A stretch of DNA of 64,000 bases from assembly GCF_004295795.1 (NCBI RefSeq), contig NZ_SEBR01000002.1, forward strand, positions 204,280 to 268,279, written 5' to 3'. The stretch comes from Flavobacterium sp. (GTDB taxonomy: Bacteria; Bacteroidota; Bacteroidia; Flavobacteriales; Flavobacteriaceae). Positions 1-9,649 of the stretch are shown here, piece by piece; positions within the stretch are counted from its first letter, which is position 1; each line of letters opens with the position of its first letter. Position numbers and translations under genes: made by a program. Below the pieces are notes generated by a model. It saw nothing but the letters and a program-made list of their open reading frames with translations, searched no databases and was not told the DNA's origin.

Positions 1-269
1 GGTGGCGGATCGTCTCCTTCAAGATCCCCATTTTCATCGTCGTTACCCGGTTGGGCGAAAGCGACGAAATCGATGAGAAGGAAGAAGGTCAGAAAATATA
101 GTTTAGTCAAATTCTGTCTCATATACTGCGTTTTGCGGGTGTAAAGATAGAAATCATTTTCAATTACGGAAACTTGAAGCCTAGTTTTTTAAGGCATTGT
201 TCGCAATTTGCGTCCGAATTCAATCTGTGTTTACCTTGGGTTGATTTCTTCTAAATATAGGCAAATTTC

Positions 270-1859
270 TCAATCCATTTCGGACGTAAAGAATAATTTA
301 ACCGAAGGATATTTCTGTTGCGTCATCTGGATCGTGAAATCGGAATCGGCTAAAAACACCAGTTGTCCGTATTTGTCGGTGGCCAGAAATTTCTGTTTGA
401 TGCGTCGGAATTCCTTGAACTCTTCGTTTTTGGCATCATCGGGCTTGACCCAGCAAGCTTTGTGCACCGGAAACGGTTCGTAGGAACATTTCGCGCCATA
501 TTCGTGCTCGAGTCTATATTGGATGACTTCATATTGAAGCGCACCGACGGTTCCGATGACTTTCCTATTGTTCAATTCGAGCGTAAACAACTGGGCGACA
601 CCTTCGTCCATCAATTGGTCGATGCCTTTTTCGAGTTGTTTGGCCTTAAGCGGGTCGGCGTTGTTGATGTATCGGAAATGTTCCGGAGAGAAACTTGGAA
701 TTCCTTTGAAACTCATGTTTTCGCCTTCGGTCAATGTGTCTCCGATCTTGAAATTCCCGGTGTCGTGCAATCCGACGATGTCGCCCGGATATGAGATGTC
801 GACGATTTCTTTCTTCTCGGCAAAAAACGCGTTCGGGCTCGAGAATTTGAGTGATTTGTTCTGGCGCACGTGCAAATACGGTTTGTTGCGCTCGAAAGTT
901 CCGGAGACGATTTTGACGAAAGCCAGACGGTCGCGGTGTTTCGGGTCCATGTTCGCGTGGATCTTGAAGACGAAGCCCGAAAGTTTCTGTTCTTCGGGTT
1001 TTACCAGACGCGTATCGGATTCCTTTGGACGCGGAGACGGCGCGATCTCGATAAAGCAATCGAGCAGCTCGCGTACTCCGAAGTTGTTCAATGCCGATCC
1101 GAAGAAAACGGGTTGCAGATCGCCATCGAGATATTCCTGACGGTCGAACGCCGGATAGACTTCCGAAATCAACTCAAGTTCTTCCCGCAATTTATTGGCT
1201 GGCTTGTCGCCGATGATTTTCTCGAGTTCGGGATTGGCTACGTCGTCAAAAGCGATCGTCTCTTCTATGTTTTTACGGCTGTCACCGCTGAAAAGATTGA
1301 TGTTCCTTTCCCACAGATTGTAGATTCCCTGGAAGTCGTATCCCATTCCGATCGGGAAGCTTAAAGGCGTGACGCGAAGCCCGAGTTTTTGCTCGACTTC
1401 GTCCATCAAATCGAACGCATCTTTTCCTTCGCGGTCGAGTTTGTTTATGAACACGATCATCGGGATGTTTCGCATGCGGCAAACGCTCACGAGTTTTTCG
1501 GTTTGTTCCTCGACACCTTTTGCCACGTCGATCACGACGATCACCGAATCTACGGCTGTCAAGGTTCTGTAAGTGTCCTCGGCGAAATCCTTGTGACCGG
1601 GCGTGTCGAGAATGTTGATTTTTTTGTCCTTATAGTTGAAAGCAAGTACCGAGGTCGAGACTGAGATTCCTCTCTGGCGCTCGATTTCCATAAAATCGGA
1701 AGTGGCTCCTTTCTTGATCTTGTTGCTTTTTACGGCTCCGGCTTCCTGGATCGCGCCTCCAAAAAGGAGCAATTTTTCGGTCAGGGTCGTCTTACCCGCA
1801 TCTGGGTGTGAAATGATGCCGAAGGTGCGGCGTCTGTCGATTTCTTTTAAAAAACTCAT
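270..1859 (-). CDS. prfC: Peptide chain release factor 3
   Basis: RRTFGIISHPDAGKTTLTEKLL, DTPGHKDF and NKLD GTPase motifs; 529 aa from ATG at 1859 (the ORF-track extension upstream is non-coding repeat). Confidence 0.97.
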   Translation of the reverse strand: MSFLKEIDRRRTFGIISHPDAGKTTLTEKLLLFGGAIQEAGAVKSNKIKKGATSDFMEIERQRGISVSTSVLAFNYKDKKINILDTPGHKDFAEDTYRTLTAVDSVIVVIDVAKGVEEQTEKLVSVCRMRNIPMIVFINKLDREGKDAFDLMDEVEQKLGLRVTPLSFPIGMGYDFQGIYNLWERNINLFSGDSRKNIEETIAFDDVANPELEKIIGDKPANKLREELELISEVYPAFDRQEYLDGDLQPVFFGSALNNFGVRELLDCFIEIAPSPRPKESDTRLVKPEEQKLSGFVFKIHANMDPKHRDRLAFVKIVSGTFERNKPYLHVRQNKSLKFSSPNAFFAEKKEIVDISYPGDIVGLHDTGNFKIGDTLTEGENMSFKGIPSFSPEHFRYINNADPLKAKQLEKGIDQLMDEGVAQLFTLELNNRKVIGTVGALQYEVIQYRLEHEYGAKCSYEPFPVHKACWVKPDDAKNEEFKEFRRIKQKFLATDKYGQLVFLADSDFTIQMTQQKYPSVKLFFTSEMD

Positions 1860-1877
1860 GGTGTGTGAAATGGACGG

Positions 1878-1885
1878 CAAAGGTA
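1878..1885 (-). promoter_or_regulatory. Bacteroidota sigma-70 -7 element for prfC
   Basis: TACCTTTG on the minus strand matches TAnnTTTG, 18 nt upstream of the ATG. Confidence 0.65.
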
Positions 1886-1905
1886 GGTTTTTTTTGGAAG
1901 CGCGA

Positions 1906-1990
1906 AAGTGCCGGAGTTTCTGAGTTTCGAAGTGCCGGAGTTGGAAGTCACAGACTTCCTCACGCGTTTCGCGAAGTTGCAAACTTCGCG
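1906..1990. repeat. Octamer array plus two GAAGT-N5-ACTTC palindromes
   Basis: AAGTGCCG/GAGTTTCT/GAGTTTCG/AAGTGCCG units, then GAAGTC-ACA-GACTTC (1944-1958) and CGCGAAGTT-GCA-AACTTCGCG (1970-1990); related copy at 59105-59196. Confidence 0.8.
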
Positions 1991-2124
1991 ACCAAAACCC
2001 ACCAAAAACCCAAAATTCCAACTGAAACCCAAGCGTGAGGGATACTTGCATTGTCTAAGCTCTTTTGCCGCAACGAAATTTCGTGGCTAACCAATAGTTC
2101 TCACGGCAAAAAGCGAGTGCAAGC

Positions 2125-2212
2125 AGCCCGACGGCGGCTTCCAAAACCAGTTGCAGCAGCAGAAAGCAGTAGCAAAAAGTTCGGTGTTGCGGGAACGGCC
2201 GCCGGCACGCCC
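2125..2212. repeat. REP-like imperfect hairpin element
   Basis: AGCCCGAC-GGCGGC...GCCGCC-GGCACGCCC; GC-rich arms pair (2133-2138 with 2198-2203). Resemblance to a Flavobacteriaceae intergenic repeat is from recollection and unverified. Confidence 0.45.
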
Positions 2213-2335
2213 AAAAAAAAGTTCGTCATTCACAAACCTGGCAGGTTCAAATGGAGAAAGCAAGTTCAGGTTAAAAACCAATTCTAAAGTGTTCAAAACC
2301 CGTTCAAAATAATTTGTTAATAGTAAAGGTGATAC

Positions 2336-2365
2336 TTGCGGGCGAAGTTTGAATTGCTACTTTTG
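2336..2365 (+). promoter_or_regulatory. Promoter of the PPIase operon
   Basis: TTG (2336-2338), 19-nt spacer, TACTTTTG (2358-2365). Confidence 0.7.
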
Positions 2366-2429
2366 TCAGTCGGATTTTCCATCTGGGAAGCGATGCGAAA
2401 ACCAAAACCATAATTGATTAGATAACTAA

Positions 2430-4421
2430 ATGAAAATCAAACATTTGTCTTTAGGCTTGTTGTTTGTGCTTGCTTCGTGCGGCGTCCAAAAAAACCAAGA
2501 AGCCACCGCTGTCAAAAAGACCGACAAGGAAGTCTTGTTCACCGTCGACGACAAACCTTACTACACTGACGAATTCCTACGCGTTTACAACAAGAACCTC
2601 GATTTGGTCAAGGATGAATCCCAGAAAGATCTCGATCAATACCTCGAGCTTTTCATAGGTTACAAACTCAAGATCAACAAAGCCCACAAACTTGGATTGG
2701 AAGCCGGACAAGGCTATCAGAACGAGTTGCGCCAATATCGCGCGCAGTTGGCAAAAGGCTACCTGACCGATTCGAAAGTCACGAAAGAGCTTGTCGAAGA
2801 AGCTTACCAACGCTCACTCAAGGAAGTGCGTGCGTCCCACGTTTTGATTCTAGCCGATGAGAACGCGACGCCGGCCGATACCTTGAAAGCCTTCAATCTC
2901 GCGATGGACGTTTACAAAAAAGCGACTGCCGGAGAGGATTTCGCGAAGTTGGCCGAACAGTATTCGCAAGATCCCTCGGCGAAGGAAAACAAAGGCGATT
3001 TGGGATATTTCTCGGCATTCAGAATGGTTTATCCGTTTGAAAGTGGCGCTTATCATACCAAAAAAGGCGAAGTTTCGAAGCCGGTGCGTTCGCGTTTCGG
3101 ATATCACGTGATCAAAACTTTCGATGTCCGCGAAAACCGCGGCGAGCTTCAGGTGGCGCACATCATGATCTTGAAACCGAAGACGGACGATGCGGCCGAA
3201 GCCAGGAAAGCCAAGGACAAAATCTTCGAGATCAACAACAAACTCAAGCAAGGCGAGAATTTCGAGGAATTGGCCAAGCAGTTTTCTGACGACAAATCTT
3301 CGTCTTCGAAAGGTGGCGCTTTGAACCGTTTCGCTTCGGGACAATTGAGTTCGGAAGAGTTTGAGGACGCGGCTTTCGCACTTACCAAGGACAAACCGGT
3401 TTCGGAACCTGTCGAGAGCCAGTTCGGATGGCACATCATCAAACTCATCAACAAATTCCCGGTCAAGACTTTTGACGAAGCCAAAGCCGAATTCGAGAAC
3501 AAAGTAAGCAAAGACGATCGTTCGCGCCTGATCACATCGGCTTTGAACGAGAAACTGCACAAAAAATACACCGTCAAGAACGACGAAAAAGAGTACAAAA
3601 AAGCGAAAGCTGCGGTAACTGAAGCTTACTACAAAAACGAATGGGAAGCGCCGGATGCGAAGAATTTCCAGGGCGTACTTTTCACCGTGAAAGACAGGAA
3701 AGTTACGGGCGCAGATTTCCATCAGTATATCCTGGCGCAGCAAAAAACAGGTTTTACCGAACAGCCGCTTGACAAATTGGTAGATCGTCTGTACGCAAAA
3801 TTCAACGATGATGTTTTGGCATCGTACTACAACGATCACCTCGAAGACGAATTCCCTGAGTTTGCGGCTGTCATGGACGAATACCGCGACGGATTGCTGC
3901 TTTTCGACCTGATGGAAAAAGAAATCTGGGATCGTTCGAAAACCGATACTTTGGGCTTGAGAAACTTCTATGAAGCCAACAAAACCAAGTATCAGTGGAA
4001 AAATCGCGTCGATGTCGTGCTGGTTTCATCGATCAATCAAGACATGGTGAAAAAGGCGCAGAAGTTCCTCAAGGAAAACAAGACGCCGGAGTTCATCAAA
4101 GAGAAACTGAACTCAAAAGAGAAAATCAACGTCATGGCCTCTTCGGGGATTTTCGAGGAAGGAAACGACGCGTTACCGAAGAATCTTGCGTTCAAGGAAG
4201 GTCTTTCGGAAGTGTTCAAGGACGGTGATTATTACTATGTGGCCAAAGTCAACAAACTGATGCCGGCCGGACCCAAAACGATGGACGAGGCGAGAGGTCG
4301 CGTCGTGAACGATTACCAACAGCACCTCGAGGAAAACTGGGTAAAAGACCTCAAAGGTGAATTTACCGTGAAGGTGAACCAGGACGTTTTCGAGAAGACG
4401 AAAGCGAAAGTAAAAGGATAA
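2430..4421 (+). CDS. Parvulin-type peptidylprolyl isomerase lipoprotein (SurA/PrsA-like)
   Basis: Lipobox LASC; two rotamase domains (ASHVLI...FAKLAEQYSQD...GDLG...FGYHVIK and VAHIMI...FGWHIIK). Confidence 0.9.
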   Translation: MKIKHLSLGLLFVLASCGVQKNQEATAVKKTDKEVLFTVDDKPYYTDEFLRVYNKNLDLVKDESQKDLDQYLELFIGYKLKINKAHKLGLEAGQGYQNELRQYRAQLAKGYLTDSKVTKELVEEAYQRSLKEVRASHVLILADENATPADTLKAFNLAMDVYKKATAGEDFAKLAEQYSQDPSAKENKGDLGYFSAFRMVYPFESGAYHTKKGEVSKPVRSRFGYHVIKTFDVRENRGELQVAHIMILKPKTDDAAEARKAKDKIFEINNKLKQGENFEELAKQFSDDKSSSSKGGALNRFASGQLSSEEFEDAAFALTKDKPVSEPVESQFGWHIIKLINKFPVKTFDEAKAEFENKVSKDDRSRLITSALNEKLHKKYTVKNDEKEYKKAKAAVTEAYYKNEWEAPDAKNFQGVLFTVKDRKVTGADFHQYILAQQKTGFTEQPLDKLVDRLYAKFNDDVLASYYNDHLEDEFPEFAAVMDEYRDGLLLFDLMEKEIWDRSKTDTLGLRNFYEANKTKYQWKNRVDVVLVSSINQDMVKKAQKFLKENKTPEFIKEKLNSKEKINVMASSGIFEEGNDALPKNLAFKEGLSEVFKDGDYYYVAKVNKLMPAGPKTMDEARGRVVNDYQQHLEENWVKDLKGEFTVKVNQDVFEKTKAKVKG

Positions 4422-4422
4422 T

Positions 4423-5265
4423 ATGTACAAGGTTTTCGGTATCGGATTGTTGCTCGTGGCAATAGGTTGCTCCGGGCCAGATCGAAAACCCAAAGCGGTA
4501 GCAAGGGTAGGCGAGTCCTACTTGTATAAAGAGGAATTGAAAGACCTTGTCCCGAAAGGCACTTCGAAAGAAGACAGCGTCGCGATCGTGCAAGGCTTCA
4601 TCAATCGCTGGGCGGCTCAAAAGTTGCTCATGAATGCATCCGAAGTCAATCTTGGCGATGCATCCAAAGCCGACCTCGACAAGTTGGTGCGCCAGTACAA
4701 AGTCGATCTTTACACGAAGGCTTACATCGAAGAAGTGGTCAAACAATCGGTAGACACGGTCGTTTCCGAAGCCGAACTCTCCAGCTATTATAAGGAGAAC
4801 AAGGACAATTTTAAAACAAACGGCACTTTGGTGCGTTTACGGTATATCCATTTGCCGAAAGACAATCCGAAGTATGCGACAATAAAGCAGAAGTTCTTTG
4901 ATTTCAGGAAATCGGACAGGAAGTTTTGGGATACCTATTCCTTGCAGCTCAAGGATTTTGCGTTGAACGACAGCGTTTGGGTCGATATGGAACAGGTTTA
5001 TTCAAAATTGCCTTTCATCAATCCGGACAATAGAAACGAATATGTTTCGGGTGGAAAATCCATCCAAAAAGAAGATTCGCTAGATGTTTATCTCGTGAAA
5101 ATCAGAAGCGTGCTCGACAAGAATCAGGTCAGTCCGTACGAATTCGTGAAACCGACCTTGAAAGAAGTCATCCTGAACAAAAGAAAACTGGAACTGATCA
5201 AAAAATTTGAAAAAGATATTACAGACGATGCCATTAAAGACAAGAAATATGAGATTTATAAGTAA
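4423..5265 (+). CDS. Conserved lipoprotein of the PPIase operon
   Basis: Lipobox IGC; 280-aa ORF coupled to both neighbours. Confidence 0.75.
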   Translation: MYKVFGIGLLLVAIGCSGPDRKPKAVARVGESYLYKEELKDLVPKGTSKEDSVAIVQGFINRWAAQKLLMNASEVNLGDASKADLDKLVRQYKVDLYTKAYIEEVVKQSVDTVVSEAELSSYYKENKDNFKTNGTLVRLRYIHLPKDNPKYATIKQKFFDFRKSDRKFWDTYSLQLKDFALNDSVWVDMEQVYSKLPFINPDNRNEYVSGGKSIQKEDSLDVYLVKIRSVLDKNQVSPYEFVKPTLKEVILNKRKLELIKKFEKDITDDAIKDKKYEIYK

Positions 5266-6640
5266 GCTGATCCTGGTTATGGGAATTTTGTTGCCGATGT
5301 TCGCAAGCGCCCAAGATTCAACCGATGTCGCGATCAACACCGAACCTGCGTTCAAGAAACACCAAAAGATCGACGGCATCATTTCGACGATCGGTGATTA
5401 TCTGATTCTGGATTCGGACATAGACAAAGCCTATCTGGAAATCCAGAGCCAGGGCGTCGAAGTAAAAAGCATCACGCGTTGCCAATTGCTGGGCAAATTG
5501 ATGGAGGACAAATTGTTCGCCCACCAAGCGATCCAGGACAGTATCGTAATCCAGGACAGCCAAGTGCGCGAAAAAATGAACAAGCAAATCGACTATATGG
5601 TCGAACAACTTGGTGATATCAAGAAAGTGACTGAGTATTTCAAGAAGGATTCCGAAGAAGAATTCCGCACGGAAATGTTCGATATCCTGAAGCAGAACAT
5701 GCTTGTGGAGCAAGAACGCGACAAGATCATTGAAGACGTGCAGATTACGCCAGAAGAAGTGCGCACGTTCTTCAACAAGATCCCGGCTGCTGATTTGCCT
5801 ACGTTCGGAGCCGAAATGGAAGTTTCCCAGATCGTCGTCGAACCCAAAGTGAACGATGCCGAGAAACAGAAAGTCATCGCCAAACTCAAGGAAATCAAAA
5901 AAGAAGTCCAGGACGGCGCGAGTTTCTTCGGAAAAGCGGTTTTGTACACAGACGACAAAGGTTCGTCGTCAACCGGCGGCTTTTATAAAATCAACCGAAA
6001 GACGCAGTTCGTCAAGGAATTCAAGGAAGTCGCTTTCAGTCTTAACGAAGGCGAGATCTCGGAACCTTTCGAGTCGGAATTCGGCTACCACATCATCATG
6101 GTCGAGAAAATCCGCGGACAGGAAGTGGAATTGCGTCACATTCTGATGGTTCCGAAAGTGTCTGAAGCCGATATGAAAGCGGCCCGCGAAAAAGCCTACT
6201 TGATCAAAAAGAGAATTGACGACAAAGAAGTTTCTTTTACTGATGCGGCTCGCACGATGAGTGACGACAAGGACACCCGTGTAAACGGAGGCGTTCTGAT
6301 CAACCCAAAAACACAGGACACGCGTTTCGAATTGACCAAAATGGATCCGGCTTTGTACCGCGATTTGGTGAATCTCAAAGACAACGAGGTTTCGCTTCCG
6401 ATCCTTGAATCGGAACCAAGCGGCAAAAAGAAATACAAATTGCTTACGGTTACCAACAAATACGAAGAACACACGGCTGATTATTCGAAAGATTTCACCA
6501 AAATCAAATCTTTGGCTTTGAAAGAAAAACAGCTTCAGGCGGTTGCAAAATGGTTCGACGACAAGATCAAGGACACTTATGTCAAGATCAATGGCGAGTA
6601 CCGCGATTGCGAATTTGCGAACAACTGGTTGAAGAAATAA
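5249..6640 (+). CDS. surA: SurA-like periplasmic chaperone/PPIase
   Basis: Signal peptide MRFISKL...ASAQ; SurA N-domain (IDGIISTIGD) and rotamase domains (FGYHII); alternative start 5228. Confidence 0.85.
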   Translation: MRFISKLILVMGILLPMFASAQDSTDVAINTEPAFKKHQKIDGIISTIGDYLILDSDIDKAYLEIQSQGVEVKSITRCQLLGKLMEDKLFAHQAIQDSIVIQDSQVREKMNKQIDYMVEQLGDIKKVTEYFKKDSEEEFRTEMFDILKQNMLVEQERDKIIEDVQITPEEVRTFFNKIPAADLPTFGAEMEVSQIVVEPKVNDAEKQKVIAKLKEIKKEVQDGASFFGKAVLYTDDKGSSSTGGFYKINRKTQFVKEFKEVAFSLNEGEISEPFESEFGYHIIMVEKIRGQEVELRHILMVPKVSEADMKAAREKAYLIKKRIDDKEVSFTDAARTMSDDKDTRVNGGVLINPKTQDTRFELTKMDPALYRDLVNLKDNEVSLPILESEPSGKKKYKLLTVTNKYEEHTADYSKDFTKIKSLALKEKQLQAVAKWFDDKIKDTYVKINGEYRDCEFANNWLKK

Positions 6641-6673
6641 TTATTAATTAATAATTAGTAATTAATAATTGGG
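6639..6673. repeat. AATTNNN heptamer array (5 units)
   Basis: AATTATT AATTAAT AATTAGT AATTAAT AATTGGG. Confidence 0.7.
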
Positions 6674-6735
6674 TTTTCGTTCGCATTTTTCCATGATTGA
6701 CAACCCTTACATTTATAATTCATAATCTAAATTTG

Positions 6736-7689
6736 ATGTCAGACGTAACAGCCATCCAGAATCTAGTTGAAAAACGCCACAAGCTGAAACAGGAAATCGC
6801 CAAGATCATCGTTGGTCAGGAAGAAGTCGTGGACCAAATCCTGATTTCGATATTTTCCGGCGGACACGCTTTGTTGGTTGGTGTTCCGGGATTGGCCAAA
6901 ACCTTGATGGTCAATACGATCGCTCAAGCTTTGGGACTTGATTTCAAGCGAATCCAGTTTACGCCAGATTTGATGCCGTCAGACATTTTGGGAAGCGAGA
7001 TTCTCGACGAGAACCGCCAGTTCAAGTTCATCCGCGGCCCGATTTTCTCGAATATCATTTTGGCCGACGAGATCAACCGTACGCCGCCAAAAACACAGGC
7101 AGCCTTGCTCGAGGCGATGCAGGAACGCGCGGTTACGATTGCCGGTGAAAGCCACAAACTCGCGCTTCCGTATTTCGTTTTGGCAACGCAAAACCCAATC
7201 GAGCAGGAAGGAACCTATCCGCTTCCGGAGGCGCAACTCGACCGTTTCATGTTTTCGATCAAGCTCGATTATCCGAGTTTTGCCGAAGAAGTCCAGGTCG
7301 TAAAAGCCACGACATCGGATGAAAAGAAAACCGTTTCTCCATTGTTTTCCGATACCGAAATCATCGACTTCCAGCACTTGATAAGACGTGTTCCGGTTGC
7401 CGACAACGTGATCGAATATGCCGTGACCTTGGTTTCCAAAACACGTCCAGACAATCAGCTTGCCACAGATTTCGTCAAGAATTATATCGATTGGGGTGCC
7501 GGGCCGCGCGCTTCCCAAAACCTGATTTTGGCAGCGAAAGCGCATGCGGCGTTCAACGGAAAGTTCTCTCCGGACATCGAAGACGTGAAAGCGGTCGCTA
7601 TCGGGATTTTGCGTCATCGCGTCGTAAAGAACTACAAAGCCGATGCCGAGAACATCTCGATCGAGAAAATCATTTCTTCGCTGTTCTGA
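6736..7689 (+). CDS. MoxR-family AAA+ ATPase
   Basis: GVPGLAKT, RIQFTPDLMPSDILG, LADEINRTPPKTQAALLEAMQE, LPEAQLDRF. Confidence 0.95.
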   Translation: MSDVTAIQNLVEKRHKLKQEIAKIIVGQEEVVDQILISIFSGGHALLVGVPGLAKTLMVNTIAQALGLDFKRIQFTPDLMPSDILGSEILDENRQFKFIRGPIFSNIILADEINRTPPKTQAALLEAMQERAVTIAGESHKLALPYFVLATQNPIEQEGTYPLPEAQLDRFMFSIKLDYPSFAEEVQVVKATTSDEKKTVSPLFSDTEIIDFQHLIRRVPVADNVIEYAVTLVSKTRPDNQLATDFVKNYIDWGAGPRASQNLILAAKAHAAFNGKFSPDIEDVKAVAIGILRHRVVKNYKADAENISIEKIISSLF

Positions 7690-8240
7690 TTTTGTCCTCG
7701 AGTTCTTTGTCGTAAAAAAAAAAGAACGCGCTTCCCATCATGTCTTGCTCGATTTCAGAAGTATTGTCGACTTCGAGCACGAGTTCGTAATCGTGGTTTT
7801 CGAAAAGCCAGATGCCTTTTTCGGACGTAAAATCTTCCACCTTATCGAGTCCGATTGCGTTTTTGTGATTGGTCATCCTGCTGATGAAAATCGGTTTTCC
7901 GGTCGTCTTGTCTGATCCCTATGCGGTCGTCCCATGCGATAGCGACGTCTCTGCCATACCAATATCGAAAGCGCTCGATTCCAAGCAACTGTACATAATT
8001 CGAAGCTTTCGAGCCTTCCATCGACTTATAGATGCCGTCGATCAGCAGCGTCGGTGAGAGCATTTTGCATTCTTGAGGTCATTGTTTACGCGCCAATCGC
8101 TGTCGACGATTCCGGTGCGATGCAGGAATTCGGTCTTGACGATGGCTTTGTGGCGTTGCTGAGTTGCGAATAGTTGTTGCGGCGACAATTCCCATCAGCG
8201 CTACGACGCCCAGAATTTTGTATACCTTTGATTTGACCAT
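7670..8240 (-). pseudogene. Frameshifted ~190-aa secreted hypothetical protein (pseudogene or sequencing indels)
   Basis: Signal-peptide start MVKSKVYKILGVVALMGIVAAT; protein-like segments in successive frames join with +A at 8174, 8147, 8063 and -G at 7917. Confidence 0.55.
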
Positions 8241-8259
8241 GATGGCAAATTTAGAAGTT

Positions 8260-9372
8260 ATGAGCCGACAAATCGAAACGCAGCACAACCGCATTTTTGG
8301 GCTTGACCTGATGCGCGCGTGTGCCATAATCATGGTTTTGCTGGGCCATTTGACCTGGATTTTACCCCAGAATTTCAAGACGGTCAACATGCTTTTGAGC
8401 CTTCTCGGCTTCTTGGGCGTCGAGATTTTCTTCGTCCTCAGCGGATTTTTGATCGGGAGGATTTTGTTCCGTGCTTTCGCCGATGGAGATTTCACGTTCG
8501 ATGCTGTCAAACTGTTCCTCAAACGCCGCTGGTTTCGCACGCTTCCGAACTATTTCCTGATTTTGCTGTTGAATATCGTCATCGCACTCTGGATCGTCGA
8601 CTACGACATTGAAGGTTTGTGGCGCTACTTTTTCTTCCTTCAGAATTTTACCGATCGGATGCCGGTTTTTTTTCCCGAAAGTTGGAGTTTGTCGGTTGAG
8701 GAATTCGCCTATTTATTGTTGCCATTCGCTTTGTTGCTTGCAGTTTCCGTTTTTGGAAAGTCGAATGGACAGAAGCTTTTTTTGAAAACCATAGTTGCTG
8801 TTTACGCGCTTTTCATCGGAACCAAAATCATCTTCACATTCACGACTTCGCTCGACGATTTGGCGCAATGGAACATTTACCTGAAAGGCGTCGTGATTTA
8901 TCGGGTCGACGCGATCTGTACGGGCGTGATTTGTGCGTGGCTTTCGCTGAACAAATCCAACTTTTGGCACAAGACGCGTTGGTTGGCCGCATTTTCAGGC
9001 GTTTTCTTCGGACTGCTTTTGATTTTCGGATCGTCTTTTCTTGGCATTTCGGTCGTGCGGCATCACTTTTTCTGGAACGTCGTTTTCCTTCCGATGCTTT
9101 CTGTCGCGATCGCGTCGGTTTTGCCCATTTTGTCGGCTTGGCGCAAACGCCCTTATGGCATCGGCAAGCCCATAACTTATGTGAGCCTGATTTCTTATTC
9201 GATGTATCTTTTGCACTACGGCGTCGTACTGCAGTTGCTTCATGGCTTTGTGCTGGAACGCGTCGGTTGGCAAATCACAGCTTTGCTTTATTTCGGCTTG
9301 ACCGCGATTACAAGTGCGTTGCTGTATCACAACTTTGAGAAACCCATGACAGGCTTGCGCGACAAGCACTAA
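8260..9372 (+). CDS. Acyltransferase family 3 (OafA-like) membrane protein
   Basis: GLDLMRA, GVEIFFVLSGFLI, KRRWFRTLPNY, SWSLSVEEFAY, SYSMYLLH. Confidence 0.92.
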   Translation: MSRQIETQHNRIFGLDLMRACAIIMVLLGHLTWILPQNFKTVNMLLSLLGFLGVEIFFVLSGFLIGRILFRAFADGDFTFDAVKLFLKRRWFRTLPNYFLILLLNIVIALWIVDYDIEGLWRYFFFLQNFTDRMPVFFPESWSLSVEEFAYLLLPFALLLAVSVFGKSNGQKLFLKTIVAVYALFIGTKIIFTFTTSLDDLAQWNIYLKGVVIYRVDAICTGVICAWLSLNKSNFWHKTRWLAAFSGVFFGLLLIFGSSFLGISVVRHHFFWNVVFLPMLSVAIASVLPILSAWRKRPYGIGKPITYVSLISYSMYLLHYGVVLQLLHGFVLERVGWQITALLYFGLTAITSALLYHNFEKPMTGLRDKH

Positions 9373-9614
9373 TTTCACAGCGAAATCGTTTTCAGTGCGT
9401 AATTTAGAATCATTCTTAGCGATTTTAAAAGCGTTGCTCAAACACATGTTTTTTCAAATCGGCAATAAAATCATTTTAAATTAACGAATCGGTAATATTT
9501 TTAGAGGTTAATGCGTTTAGTGCAATTAATTTCAAAGTTTCTTTGATATCGGAAATAATAATATCCCGATTTGTTCATTTTATTAAAAATCTTTCAGCAA
9601 TGTGACCAATTCCG

Positions 9615-9622
9615 TAAATTTG
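9615..9622 (+). promoter_or_regulatory. -7 element for aconitase
   Basis: TAAATTTG 27 nt upstream of the ATG. Confidence 0.6.
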
Positions 9623-9649
9623 CATCACACAAATTAACAAACAGATTTT

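Noticed and set aside
8063-8081. TGA read-through (selenocysteine) joining the 8079-8240 and 7842-8063 ORFs
   Set aside because: The intervening frame looks off-frame; homopolymer indels explain the region better, and no SECIS-like hairpin was seen.
9545-9572. Fur-like box or palindrome upstream of aconitase (ATCGG-AAATAATAATATC-CCGAT)
   Set aside because: Weak match in an AT-rich region; it cannot be distinguished from background without orthologue alignment.
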